Assembly (NCBI RefSeq): GCF_006345805.1
Contig: NW_021831924.1
Coordinates: 1-55,636 of the forward strand
Reading direction: 5' to 3'
Length of the DNA: 55,636 bases
DNA from: Octopus sinensis
Lineage: Eukaryota
Shown: piece by piece, positions 38,078 through 50,796 of the stretch
Layout: the number at the start of each line of letters is the position of its first letter
Numbering within the stretch: position 1 is the stretch's first letter
Notes under the pieces: model-generated
The model's input: only the letters and a program-made list of their open reading frames with translations
What the model was told of the DNA's origin: nothing
Databases searched by the model: none
Position numbers and translations under genes: made by a program

Positions 38078-38110
38078 GTAATAATAATAATAATAATAAT
38101 GATAATAATA

Positions 38111-38190
<80 letters not shown>
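37010..38190. repeat. Degenerate (GTT)/(GCT)-rich tract and (AAT)n/(GAT)n microsatellites
   Basis: Direct reading. Confidence 0.9.
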
Positions 38191-38198
38191 AATACTAA

Positions 38199-38325
38199 TT
38201 ATTTCTTTATTGCCCACAAGGGGCTAAACATAGAGGGGACAAATAAGGACAGACAAAGGGATTAAGTCGATTACATCGACCCCAGTGCGTAACTGGTACT
38301 TAATTTATCGACCCCGAAAGGATGA
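38199..38325 (-). mobile_element. OR2-like SINE 3' half
   Basis: Matches 17208-17335. Confidence 0.8.
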
Positions 38326-38635
38326 ATAACTGATATTAGAATGGAATTTGGACTCGAGAAGTGCGGAATAATCTACCTAGAAAGAGGCAAGGTACAGTCC
38401 TTAGCAGGGATAGAATTACCGAATAAAGACGATTCTCGTCTGGTACGATCTACGTGTGTGGTTTTATGCTCCAAACGACTAGATGACCGGATCTCTCAAG
38501 GTTTATAACGCTGTATTCGGTGTTTTAACCCGGCATCCACGCTGTTTGGATATAAAGATATAAAGATAACCTGTTGGTTGTAATACCACTTCCGTCGATA
38601 TATATATATATATATTTGTATGTCTGCGTGTGCTC

Positions 38636-38677
<42 letters not shown>

Positions 38678-38788
38678 TATATATACATATATATATTTCC
38701 ATCTCCTGAGCGCCTATTAATAATAATACTGTAATTGTTCCTGTTGTTGTTGTTTTTTTGTTTCCCTTTTGGATTAAAATTATATATA

Positions 38789-38824
<36 letters not shown>

Positions 38825-38827
<3 letters not shown>

Positions 38828-39225
38828 CGTAGGAGTGGCTGTGTGGTAAGTAGCTTGCTAACCAACCACATGGCTCCGGGTTCAGTCCCACTACGTGGCA
38901 TCTTGGGCAAGTGTCTTCTGCTATAGCCCCGGGCCGACCAATGCCTTGTGAGTGGATTTGGTAGACGGAAACTGAAAGAAGCCTGTCGTATATATGTATA
39001 TATATATATGTGTGTGTGTGTTTGTGTGTTTGTCCCCCTAGCATTGCTTGACAACCGATGCTGGTGTGTTTACGTCCCCGTCACTTAGCGGTTCGGCAAA
39101 AGAGACCGATAGAATAAGTACTGGGCTTACAAAGAATAAGTCCCGGGGTCGATTTGCTCGACTAAAGGCGGTGCTCCAGCATGGCCGCAGTCAAATGACT
39201 GAAACAAGTAAAAGATAAAAGATAA
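38825..39225 (+). mobile_element. Full-length OK-like SINE (young)
   Basis: Very close to 5391-5796. Confidence 0.9.
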
Positions 39226-39826
39226 AGATAAATGTATATATATGTATGCATGTATATATGTGTATGTATGCATATATATGTGTGTATATGTACGCACGTG
39301 TATGTGTGTATGCATATAACTATGGGTGTGTGTGCATATATCTATATACATATATGCGTATGGGTTGAAGTACATAAGTATGCGGGCCTATATAATAGTG
39401 CATATACACACGTATATGCATGTGTGTGCGCGCGTGCGTACATCATTATACACTTTTTCTTTCTCTCCTTCTGATTCCTCAACACCCACTATCACATCAG
39501 CCAGTACAATAAACACCTCCGTCTATTTTTTAGAAACTTGACCATTATATCTTATTATTTTTCCCTTCCTTTTTGAGGTTTACTACTCACTTTAGTACCC
39601 CCCTCCTGTACCATTTTCTGTACCCATCCCTCTATCTTAATACCTTTCAAACATATCACCCCACCTCACACTCCTCACACATATTCATTTCTTACAGTCT
39701 TATCTATTCCTATCACTCCTCTACTCCTCTCCCATCCCACTTATATCTTGATCACAAACCGACACTCCATTTTTTCATTTTTTCTTACTATTTCTTTTTT
39801 TCTTTCTTTCTTTCTTCTTTTCTTTC

Positions 39827-39867
<41 letters not shown>

Positions 39868-40278
39868 TTTCTTTCTTTCTTTCCTCACCTATTCATTTTG
39901 ACCATTCTCCTCATTTTAACATACACATCTTTTCTCTCCTCTCTGAGAGAATACTACCACTACATTATCAAATTTTCATTCACACCACAGGAAACCTTTG
40001 AATGGACAGCACACGGAATCTACGTCTCCACACTTTCCATTTGTAATAACAAAATATGAACTCCTCTCAGAATTTACATACCATGGACAAGAAGCATTTC
40101 TACCACTTCTACACACCACTTTACTTGGATAATGGAACTGCAACTATAACAGTCTATATATATTTCAATTTTCACGTTTATTCTCTTATTTTCCTTTATG
40201 TTTCTTATTCCCATCCTTTTCCATAATAACTCCTTATATTGAAATCTACTGTTTCCCTCTATTTAACCGTCTCACATC

Positions 40279-40326
40279 GTCTCTGATGAAGGGATATCCC
40301 TAATACCCCAGAAACAGCTGTAAGGC
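40279..40326 (+). ncRNA. Degenerate type I hammerhead motif
   Basis: GTCT-CTGATGA-A-GGG...CCCCA-GAAAC-AGCT-GTA-AGGC: palindromic loop III, 4-bp helix I, mismatch at the base of helix II. Confidence 0.5.
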
Positions 40327-40411
40327 TAACTTTCTCTTTATAAATGTCTTGAAAATTCCATACAACCTTGGCTTTGTTGTCTCATTCTATTTAGTATATA
40401 TATATATATAT

Positions 40412-40575
40412 AGTAGTTGTATACTGTCAACTTACTGTGACAGTCCCATGAAGGGAATCACACTACTGCTCTGCTATTTAGCCGACAGGAAGCGTTGCTG
40501 CTTCCTAGGGCTAAATAGCAGTAGTGTGATTCCTTTCATGGGACTGTCACATTAGGTTGACAGTATACAACTACT
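40412..40575. repeat. 164-bp near-perfect palindrome (fold-back/MITE-like)
   Basis: AGTAGTTGTATACTGTCAAC...GCTATTTAGCC is mirrored by GGCTAAATAGC...GTTGACAGTATACAACTACT; inner AGGAAGC/GCTTCCT. Confidence 0.85.
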
Positions 40576-40715
40576 CTTTCGTACCACTACTGCATATATC
40601 TCTCTGAGATATTTAGAAATGTATTATTTCTACACACACACACACACACACACACACCACACCACACACACACACACCACAATATATATATTATATTATA
40701 TTATATATATATATA

Positions 40716-40835
40716 TCACCGTGATCACCATGACCGACCAGGCTATCAGATGTTGCTACACATCGCTGGTCACAATGCGCTTCGCATTATTTTAGCCTTC
40801 AAATGACGCCACTACGCTGGCTAAGCGAGCAGCCA
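40716..40835 (-). mobile_element. OR1-like SINE 3' fragment
   Basis: Matches 28471-28590. Confidence 0.75.
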
Positions 40836-40865
40836 ATATATATTATATATAATATATCTATATAT

Positions 40866-40923
<58 letters not shown>

Positions 40924-41476
40924 ATATATATTATAATATAATGTATATGAATGTAAATACATTACGTAGTGGTATATTGTAGACAATTCAAAATTATCCA
41001 GAACATGCTATCAAAAAATGTTTCATAAAAGAAGAGTGCAATAATTGTGAAAAATCACAATTATAACAGAGACGGTTAAGAACCCTTACATGCCTAGAAA
41101 TAGCAGTCAAAACCGCCATAAACCCACTATAACCACTCATATTATATCTCCTCAACTATAAATCCTGTCCGTGAGTGACATGACTTATAGAATACAAAAC
41201 CTAAATAAAAGGTTACTCCTCTATTGCAATTTCAGAGTTAGGAACCAGCAGTGGATTCATTCTTCTCTTCCGAAGAACATTCATCGCATAGATTTTAACA
41301 CAGAAAACATAGCTTGGGGCTTAACATGTGTCCCGACCGGCAAGAATAATGTGTTTGTCCACACAATTCAAATTCTGAATTCAAACGACATGCGCAGCGT
41401 TTATAAGAGGAGACCAGTGAAACGAGCCACGGCGAAAAACTGGATGAGTTAAAAATAAATAATGAAAGAGGAACGA

Positions 41477-41534
<58 letters not shown>

Positions 41535-41538
<4 letters not shown>

Positions 41539-41690
41539 CGGGCTGGCTTCTTTCGGTTTCTGTCTGTCAAATTCACTCACAAGGTTTTGGTCGACTCGAG
41601 ACTATAGTAGAAGACACATTGTCAAAGGTGTAACGCAATGGCCTTAATCCCCAAACCATGTGGTTGCGAGGAAAATCTTTCCACACATCC
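41535..41690 (-). mobile_element. Diverged OK-like SINE 5' half
   Basis: ACGACGGGCTGGCTTCTTTCGG...CACTCACAAGGTTTTGGTCG...AGAAGACAC. Confidence 0.65.
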
Positions 41691-41894
41691 ACACTTATTT
41701 TTCTAAGAAGTTCCCCAAAAATTATCCCGGAAGAGTTGATGAGTAAAATTCGTTAAAAAGAATGCCAAAAAAAAAAAAAAAAAAAATTAATATGTTTAAA
41801 ATGTTTGAAACACTTGTATGTTAATAGTACATTGCACTTCTTTATGTAGCATGTGTCAGAAAATAAAAGCAACAAAAATACACGCGGGCATATA

Positions 41895-42070
41895 TGCGTA
41901 TGGTGGTTATGGTGTGACACTCACGATCGCAAGATGAGGGTTTCGATTCCCAGGCAGATGGAGAACTGTGTTCTTGAGCAAAATACTTAATTTCATGTCG
42001 CTCCATTCTGCTTAGCTGTAAATAGATTAGCCCCCGATGTACTGGCGTCCCGTTTAGAGGGAATGTGGCC
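41895..42070 (+). mobile_element. Old tRNA-derived SINE of another family (CORE/V-like)
   Basis: GGTTTCGATTCCCAGG B box, TTCTTGAGCAAAATACTTAA core, GTACTGGCGTCCCGT block. Confidence 0.45.
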
Positions 42071-42350
42071 TACTCAGCCAGCGGGATGGCATCATACAAA
42101 AGCTACAACAATGCAAGGAAGCGGATTGTGACCAGCGGTGTATAACAACAACAACAACCGATAGGCTGGTTGATACAGTGATACAGTTACACACACACAG
42201 GAGATGTGTTTGTGTCCCATGGGCAACAGTCAACTTTTTCTCTCCAAAAGGGTTTTTCAATCGAGCATTTACATGCTATCATTAACAGCTTTGCGCTTCT
42301 AGTTCTTAGTAGAAAAAAAAACAAAAAAAAAAACAAACAAAAAAAACAGA

Positions 42351-42519
42351 AGGAGTTGCTGTGTGTAAATAGCTTGCTTACCATCCACATGGTTCCAGGT
42401 TCAGTCCCACTGCGTGGCACCTTGGACAAGTGTCTTCTACTGTAGCCTCGGGCCGACCAAAGCCTTGTGAGTGGATTTGGTAGGCGGAAACTGAAAGAAG
42501 CCCGTCGTATATGTATATG

Positions 42520-42562
<43 letters not shown>

Positions 42563-42760
42563 CTGTTTGTCCTCCCAACATCGCTTGACAACCGATGCTG
42601 GAGTGTTTAGGTCCCCGTAACTTAGCGATTCGGCAAAAGAGACCGTTAGAATCAGTACTAGGCTTACAGAGAATAAGTCCTGGGGTCGATTTGCTCGACT
42701 AAAGGCGGTGCTCCAGCGTGGCCACAGTCAAATGACTGAAACAAGTAAAGGGTAAAAGAG
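42351..42760 (+). mobile_element. OK-like SINE
   Basis: Head to tail recognisable. Confidence 0.85.
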
Positions 42761-43579
42761 TATTTGACATTCTCTCAAAAGTTTATAGAGTTTCTGATGA
42801 TGTCACCTATTCTCATTGTGAAGAGTAATGTTTCTAAACTGGAGAGAAACATACGAAGTATGAGGGGGACTAAAAGACAGAGTAAAAGAATCGTACAAAA
42901 TTTAGATACGTACTTACAAGGTGAGCAAAAGTGTACGTACGCCGCTATATGTGTATATAGATATGAAAAATAGAACAAAAACATGTATGTTCGACAAATG
43001 TCCTATGGCTTACTACCGTCATTCCGATCATTACTGAATAAATATAATAATAATCACCCATTCGAATAAACCACACTGAAGGCGAAAAATTAAATGACCG
43101 AAGCCGTATGTCCTATTAGTTATAAGAAATAAATTATCGGAAATTTCTTTCCAATGGAAACATGGAAAATAAGGAGAAAGAAAATATACAGCAAGCACGA
43201 TTACGGTAATTAAGTCTGGAGAAGATTTACTGTTGTTATAGTAGAACATCCAGTAATAGCAATAACGTTGATAAAGAAAAGTTTTAGATACACAGACGTG
43301 CCAATGTAACTAGAACTTTTCTTTAGATCTTCCTTCTGTCTCAGGATTTGTCAAAAGAAAAGTGTGCCCACACTTACTCTGGCAGAAAGTGCAGCTTAAG
43401 TTGTACGTGTGTACGTGTGATGATACACTATACTTGGCAGTACATGTGCTAAGACAGACCGAAAAGTCTAGGGTCGACTTTTGTTGGACGTATGAGGAAA
43501 ATTCCGGATTTTCAGGCCATAAATTAGAGGTTGGTTTTTAACTGAGATTGAATATTACTTGGGTATATGTACGTACGTG

Positions 43580-43611
<32 letters not shown>

Positions 43612-43629
43612 TGTATGTATGTATGTATG

Positions 43630-43937
43630 TCACGTGATCACGTGACCGACCAGACCATCAGATGTTGTTACACATCGCTGGTCACAATGCGTTCGCATTG
43701 TTTTTAGCCTTCGAAAGGCTAAGCGAGTTTTTGGCTAAGCGAGCAGGCCAACAGGAAAAAGAGTGGGAGAAAGAGGTGGTGAAAGAGTACATCAGGGATC
43801 ACCACCCCCTGCCGGAGCCTCGTGGAGCTTCTAGGTGTTTTCGCTCAATAAACACTCACAACGCCCAGTCTGGGAATCGAAGCCGTGATCCTACGACCGC
43901 GAGTCCGCTGCCCTAACCACTGGGCCATTGTGCCTCC
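43630..43937 (-). mobile_element. OR1-like SINE embedded in (TATG)n
   Basis: Homologous to 28471-28778. Confidence 0.85.
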
Positions 43938-44221
43938 TGTATGTATGTATGTATGTATGTATGTATATGTATCTATGTATGAATGTATGTATGTTTCTCT
44001 TCTGTCTTTAATCATTTAAATTCTTCCTCTGAGGAAGGAACTGGTTTCTAACAAAGATACAAAGCTTCAGCGTTGGAATGTAGATAACGGTAACAATGTC
44101 ACATTTTAAACTTTCTTGCATCGTTTTACCGTTCCACTTACAGATTGTATTTGTAATGCACGAATCAGTTCGCTGATAGCTTTTTCTGAAAACCAAGTTT
44201 ATCCAGATAGACAATTAGGCA

Positions 44222-44224
<3 letters not shown>

Positions 44225-44257
<33 letters not shown>

Positions 44258-44655
44258 ATGTTTGTATGTATGTATGTACGTATGCATGCATGTATGTATG
44301 CATGTATGTATGTATGTATGTATGTATGTATGTATGTATGTATGTATGCATGTATGTATGTATGTATGAATGTATGTATGTATGCATGTATGTATGTATG
44401 TATGTATGTACGTATGTATGTATGTATGTATGTATGTAGGCATGTATGTATGTATGTATGAATGTATGTATGTATGTATGCATGTATGTATGTATGTATG
44501 AATGTATGTATGCATGTATGTATGTATGTATGTATGTACGTATGTATGTATGTATGTATGTATGTATGCATGTATGTATGTATGTATGAATGTATGTATG
44601 TATGTATGTATGTATGTATGTATGTATGTATGTATGTATGTATGTATGTATGCAC
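44225..44655. repeat. (TCTG)n/(TATG)n microsatellite
   Basis: Direct reading. Confidence 0.95.
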
Positions 44656-44695
44656 GTGCGGTTTGTACTGACTGCAATACTCTCTTTACTCTCTC

Positions 44696-45101
44696 TCTTT
44701 TACTTGTTTCAGTCATTTGACTGCGGCCATGCTGGAGCACTGCCTTTAGTCGAAGAAATCGACCCCAGAACTTATTCTTTGTAAGCCTAGTACTTATTCT
44801 ATCGGTCTCTTTTGCCGAACCGCTAAGTTACGGGGACGTAAACACCCCAAATCAGTTGTCAAGCGATGTTGGGGGACAAATACAGAGACACACACACACA
44901 GACACACACACATATATATATATTACATGTACACATATACGACGGGCTTCTTTCAGTGTCTGTCTACCAAATCCACTCACAAGGCTTTGGTCAACTTGAG
45001 GTTATAGTAGAAGACACTTGCCCAAGGTGCTAAGCAGTGGGACTGAACCTAGAACCATGCGGTTGGTAAGCAAGCTATTTACCACACAGCCACTCCTGCG
45101 C
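44696..45101 (-). mobile_element. OK-like SINE
   Basis: Reverse complement of the consensus. Confidence 0.88.
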
Positions 45102-46080
45102 AATGCAATGCAAAAAAAAAACGGTATAACTTTTTCATTAATTGAGATAGCTCGTTCATATTGAGCATATTAGTGGAGTGACGTTTTCTCAGCACCACAA
45201 TCGAAGCATTTTCACTTCTTTGCAGCCCCTTTTCACATCATCGCTGAGTGCAAAAACCTTTCTTCTGTGGACCGAATATAGGTACTAGATCCGGGTTGCA
45301 CAACGATTGAAAGAAACACTGACAAGTTCATTTACTTGTTGTCTGATCTGTGTGTGGTCGCACATTGTCATGCTGAATGTGTATACTTTCCAGATTCTTG
45401 CTTGGTTAATAAGATATTGAGTCTCAATGTACCACTTGCTATCCACGGTACAGAAACAGAGCCGATCGCTGGCTCTTGAACTTCTTCGACTATGGATAAA
45501 AGGCGTAACGCCATCTCGTCGACTGAGCATTCGTTTCGGTGTGAGAAATATACGCTCACGTTTCATCTCCTATGGGGCGCAGAGTGAGCTACATAACCAG
45601 TTGGAGGCGGTGTCTTCCTGGGGTTAAAAATAGCAGTATCATCGGTTCCCAATGAACAGTCATGTGTAGATGGCGTTAAACACTCCTTGTCAGAAAGAAT
45701 ACTGCTGTCATCTCTTACAGAGATTTTCTTGAATAGCTAGATTGCTTGTTGCAAATCAGTGACTGTGTATCACTTATTTTTCTATATATTAGCTGGATTG
45801 AACCACTGTTATGTCTAGCGGACGAGTATCCATCATCGAGGATGACCATAAGAAGGTCGAAAGCGTACGGTATGATGGTTTCGGGGTTAAAATAGTAGGG
45901 AGTTCTCTCTCCTCTTGCAATATATATCGGGTGCAGAGTTCACTGCATAACCAACTGGAGGAGGAATCCTCCTAGGGTTAAAGATATTCACGTTGGTTGT
46001 ATATTGGTGTGTATGTGCAAATGTATCTAACGAATGTTAGTCATCGAAATTTTTGTTTGTCTTGTTGTCGAGAGAGGCTC

Positions 46081-46173
46081 CCTTTCTTTCCTGATGAGAA
46101 GATTGCATAATGCACCCTTCATTCCTTTGGAATGAAAACATGTTGTCTTCGAAACATATGTCGAGAGTAAAGG
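46081..46173 (+). ncRNA. Type I hammerhead ribozyme, apparently intact
   Basis: CCTTTCTTTC-CTGATGA-GAAGATTGCA...TTCATTCC-TTT-GGAATGAA...TGTTGTCTTC-GAAAC-ATAT-GTC-GAGAGTAAAGG. 10-bp helix I with one bulge, G10.1-C11.1, long helix II with an 8-bp apical hairpin, palindromic ATAT loop, GUC triplet. Confidence 0.85.
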
Positions 46174-46475
46174 AATTTTGTTAATATCTTCGACTCCATT
46201 CTTTCATTTATTCATACACAACACACAAATTTCTGCACATGAACCCGGAGTTTCTACCCTTGACAGGTCGCTTCAACCGTGTTTCTAGCGTGAATTTGCT
46301 ACCCAGGTTTCGGTTAAACGAATTTTCCATGCTGACGATAAACATAGGATAATTCATTCACCTACTTATATATATGTAACGGGAAGCTTTATGAAAATAA
46401 ACAAAAGACGAAGGCAGGTGGAATACAAACAAACAATTGTATTAGTATGGCGCTCAGGAATATAAATAAAACAAG

Positions 46476-46513
46476 TCTTTTACGTTTCAAGCCTACGCTC
46501 TTCAACAGAAAGA
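46476..46513 (-). ncRNA. Minimal hammerhead-like motif with CUGUUGA core variant
   Basis: Minus strand: TCTTT-CTGTTGA-A-GAGC-GTAG-GCTT-GAAAC-GTA-AAAGA. Confidence 0.45.
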
Positions 46514-46899
46514 TACACAGAATAGAAACACGGAGAGAAACAAGGAGAGAAAAAAATGCGTGCAGAAGCTAGCGAATCAACATGGATAAAAGCAGTTTGA
46601 ATGAAATTCTTTCATACTCTGAGTTTCAAGCGTGTCTCTAGTCTTCGGCCATTGGAGTCTGAATGAGAGTTCGATTGAAGAGAGTGAATGTTTATCACTG
46701 GACGGTAGCCTGCGATTGGTCGAGAAATGTAACGCGGTGTTGCAGTTTGATGTTGGAATTTCAGCGACAACAATTACTTGGAAAATACCAGCATGGTGAA
46801 CAGGAAATCGACCACGTGGTGGACAGGAAATTGGCCGCGTGGTTGGGGGGAGTAGGAAGGGGTGTTGGATATAGGAGTATATATGTATACATGTGTACA

Positions 46900-47040
46900 T
46901 GATATTCCGTAGGGATTCTGCGGCAGAGTGATCCAGTTTGTGCTCATACAAGAAAATCATTTTCATAAGGTCTGTGGGTAGGAATTTTGTATATCAATAT
47001 TGTTAGGAAAAATAGAGTCAAGATTAAATGTAAGGTATAC
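46900..47040 (-). mobile_element. Mariner transposase N-terminal fragment (Hsmar1/cecropia-like)
   Basis: MIFLYEHKLDHSAAESLRNI resembles the Hsmar1 IFLFEFKMGRKAAETTRNI motif. Confidence 0.55.
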
Positions 47041-47239
47041 ATAATTGAGTTTTTAAATGACTAAAATAACAAGTAATCAAAAATGCGACATTTCATGTGA
47101 AACAACCTAATATATATATTAATATAAACAGCTAGGCGCAATATAATAGCATAAAGGAAAATTTTTATCGTCACTAATTGTGGCTGAGGTCACCGAAGCA
47201 CTGATACCGTAAGAAATAAAAGTTAAACTTATAATGCCG

Positions 47240-47288
<49 letters not shown>

Positions 47289-47644
47289 ATATACAGTGAT
47301 AGGGAGATAAACCGTCCCATGAGCGTCTCTAAGATCACTAGACTAGACTAGTTTTTCGTGTTAGTCGTCGGTTCGTCAGTAGTGACTTCTCAAAAGCTCG
47401 GTAATTCGGCTAAATCCGGCTGTCAGTATATATATATTTTACCGTAACATTTATCGCTGAGTTTGCGAAATGCTAATGCGTATATTAAGAATTAATATAA
47501 ACAACTAGGCGCAATGTAATACCATAAAGGAAAACTTCTATCATCACTAATTGTGACTGGGGGTACCGAAGCACCCTATTACAAGAAATAAGGGTTACAA
47601 ACTCTAATGGTGTAAGAAGTGCGCAATATATATATATATATATA

Positions 47645-47727
<83 letters not shown>

Positions 47728-47799
47728 TGTATGTATGGTGTGTGTATGTGTGTGTGGGTGTGTGTGTTTGTGTGGGTATGTGCCTGTGTGTGTGCCTGT

Positions 47800-49035
47800 T
47801 TCTTGGAGTTGACACGGAAAAACTGGGCCTCCTCCAAAGACTGATATGTAACAACGGTTACTTAGATGAACATGACACTAGTTTTTTCTGCCCCACTAGA
47901 TCGGTTAGAAGTAGACCCCCAACTATAGCTTCTATGGCCAAGAAGACCCGTAGAGAGAGATGGAACAGTTGAAACAGAGCTATACGGACTCCCGAAAACG
48001 ATGATCTGGTTAAAAAGATTGTCGCACATGCGGTGGGTGTGAGTACCAAGATCACACTCAAGGGCCACATATTTAAGTTTAATAACAAGATATACGCTCG
48101 AGAGGAAGGTGCAGTCATCGGTGTCAGTATTGCTGGCGATGTGGCTAACCTATTTATGGTATGGTGGGATAGGAGACTCAAAGAGAAATTAGCAGAGAAC
48201 TCCACAACCCTAACCGTGTACTCCCGCTATGTGGATGATATCAACATAGTATCCAAAGCACCTCTACAAGACAATGTTGATGAAGCTAACACTATGAAGA
48301 GCATCCAGCAAATAGCTAACTTCATCCACCAGAGTATCAAAGTAATAATAGACTACACTAACAAGCACCCAACTATAGGCTATCAGTTTTAAATAGAGAA
48401 CTCCCGTTAGAAACCAAGAACAATATGGTCCAGCTACTCCATTCCCATTATGCCAAATCCATGGCCTCTTAATACCTTGTCCACAAGAACATATCTATTA
48501 CGGACAACGCCCAGTTCATTATTCTTATAGTAGACTTGGTGAGAGTGATGAGGAATGTATCTCGCATGTGCGACCCTATGGAATTGGAAATACACATACA
48601 ACACTTCATCCACCGCATGCAGTTCTCTGGCTACAACCAAAGGGGCAGGATTAGAGTGTACAAAAGAGGCAGGACTAAGTACAAAACCATCATAGAGAAT
48701 GATGCAAAGGGGATCTGCCCGCTATACAGGAATAAATCCTGGGACAGCACAGAAAGGAGCAGAAAAAAGATAGCTAAGGCCAACTCATGGTATGACAACA
48801 AAGTCTCATGTTCGTTGATGCTACCCCTGGCGACGAACTAGCATACATGTTGAAAAACATTAGATAGGACCAATCTACGGATTAAAGTAGTAGAAAGGCC
48901 TGGTGACCCTATAAAATCCCTGATTTGTAGAACTTATCTCTGATAGATCCCCATGTACGGAGAACAACTGTATTGTATGTAGGATGAACCCACAGGTTAA
49001 CTGTAAGATTAGGAATATAGTGTATAGCTTACGAT
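47800..49035 (+). mobile_element. Penelope-like element RT remnant running into the start of the GIY-YIG domain
   Basis: HIFKFNNKIYAREEGAVIGVSIAGDVANLFM...YSRYVDDI, then MQFSGY...IRVY and PCTENNCIVCRMNPQVNCKIRNIVY. Confidence 0.8.
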
Positions 49036-49051
49036 ATACTGAGGGACGATA

Positions 49052-49108
49052 CGAAATGTCGCTAAGCATCTTGCCCGGCGTGCTGACGCTTCTGCCAGCT
49101 CGCCGCCT
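49052..49108 (-). mobile_element. OR2-like SINE head fragment
   Basis: GCTAAGCATCTTGCCCGGCGTGCTGACGCTTCTGCCAGCTCGCCGCCTT. Confidence 0.65.
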
Positions 49109-49787
49109 TGTGATGAAAGTTATGACAACAACATAATTGACGTTTTAGGTTTGCTTACGTCATTAGAAAGAAGCTAGGATTGGTGATGTTCGCACAACAA
49201 GTTTTCCTGTCAATTGAAGTCCGGTGATGGACTTGTGCAACATTATAAGGAGCACTTTTGGTAGGGCCCCTCTTTTCTCACCTGGAACGCGTAATAGGTA
49301 ATTCTGGCTCTGTGAGAAACTGAACATACCCCACCCCTGCAAGCAGTATCATCAATAAGAAAAATGGTCTACCTTACTGCTGCTTCCCGAGGTCTGCCTT
49401 GCTAAGGAAGTTCAAGCCACTGGTAAACTGGATATACCAGATTAGCTAACAAGCTTCCACACAAGAACAATAATAATCGCAGCATTCTCATGTCGGTCAC
49501 GTGAACTCATTTGTGATTTGGCAGCATTAAGATCACTTACCCTTACGCGGCAGCTGTTGTCGCTAACGTACAGAATGATACCTAATTGACTGATTGAAGT
49601 CCACATCTTATCAACCCTACAGAAGTGGAGAAGAAGTGGAAGAAGAAAGTAATGAGCAAGAGATTTGGAAATAGGATGAACAAATAAAAAGAAGCCACAG
49701 CTATCAGAAGAAAAATACTGCCACACCACCAACACCACCACCACCACCACCACCACCACCACCACCACCACCACCACCACCACCACC

Positions 49788-49821
<34 letters not shown>

Positions 49822-50282
49822 TCATCATCACCACCACCAACAACAACAACGTTGCCAAAGTGATGGTAAAATATTAAGGGATCATTCAGAATTTCGCCAT
49901 TACCAACATTCCAACTAGCGAGGTTTAATTTGCTTGCTTGAGCTGCTGGAAATAGCAGCTAAATTTCATTCAAATACTTCAATCTGTTTCACGGAAAAGA
50001 ATCGTGGGATAATACAGTCAGGATAAACTATAACTATGAAGACAAATTATAACTATGAAGAAAAAAGAAGAAAAAAAAAACAAGGCTGGATGATCACAGT
50101 TGGAGTGTCATTGGTCATAGGTCTACTTAGGGCCAACATTAGGCTAGACTACAACATGTTGAACAACAACGTGTCAACGAGGAAGTCAAATGTTTATACT
50201 GAAACAGAAAGTGGCTTAGAGTTAAACAAGAAGAGAAATCATATTGGAAGCCTCTTGCACAAGAACAATACCGTCAACAGCA

Positions 50283-50550
50283 CGAAGAAGAAGAAGAGGA
50301 GGAGGAGGAGGAGAAGAAGAAGAAGAAGAAGAAGAAGAAGAAGAAAGAAGAAGAAGAAAGAAGAAGAGAGAAGAAGAAGGAGACGAAAAGAAGAAGAAGA
50401 AGGAAGAGGAGGAGCAGAAGAAAAAGAAGAAGGAGAAGGAGGAGGAGAAGAAGAAGAAAGAGAAGGAGAAGAAGAAGAAGAAGAAGAAGAAGAAGAAGAA
50501 GAAGAAGAAGAAGAAAAAGAATAACAACAGTAACAGCAGCGATGACAACA

Positions 50551-50602
<52 letters not shown>

Positions 50603-50736
50603 TAATAATAATAATAATAATGATAATAATAATGGTTTCAAATTTTGGCATGAGGCGAGCAATTTCGAGGGAAGAGATAAGTCGATTACATTAACCTTAG
50701 TATTCAACTGGTATACTACTTTTATCAACCTCCGTG

Positions 50737-50796
<60 letters not shown>

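Noticed and set aside
42793-42860. CTGATGA...GAAACATACGAA as a hammerhead
   Set aside because: There is no NUH triplet, and helices I and II do not pair.
45285-45990. Possible APE/LINE coding remnant with a ~55-bp internal direct repeat
   Set aside because: Only vague DR/DH-like residues; it could not be assigned without a profile search.
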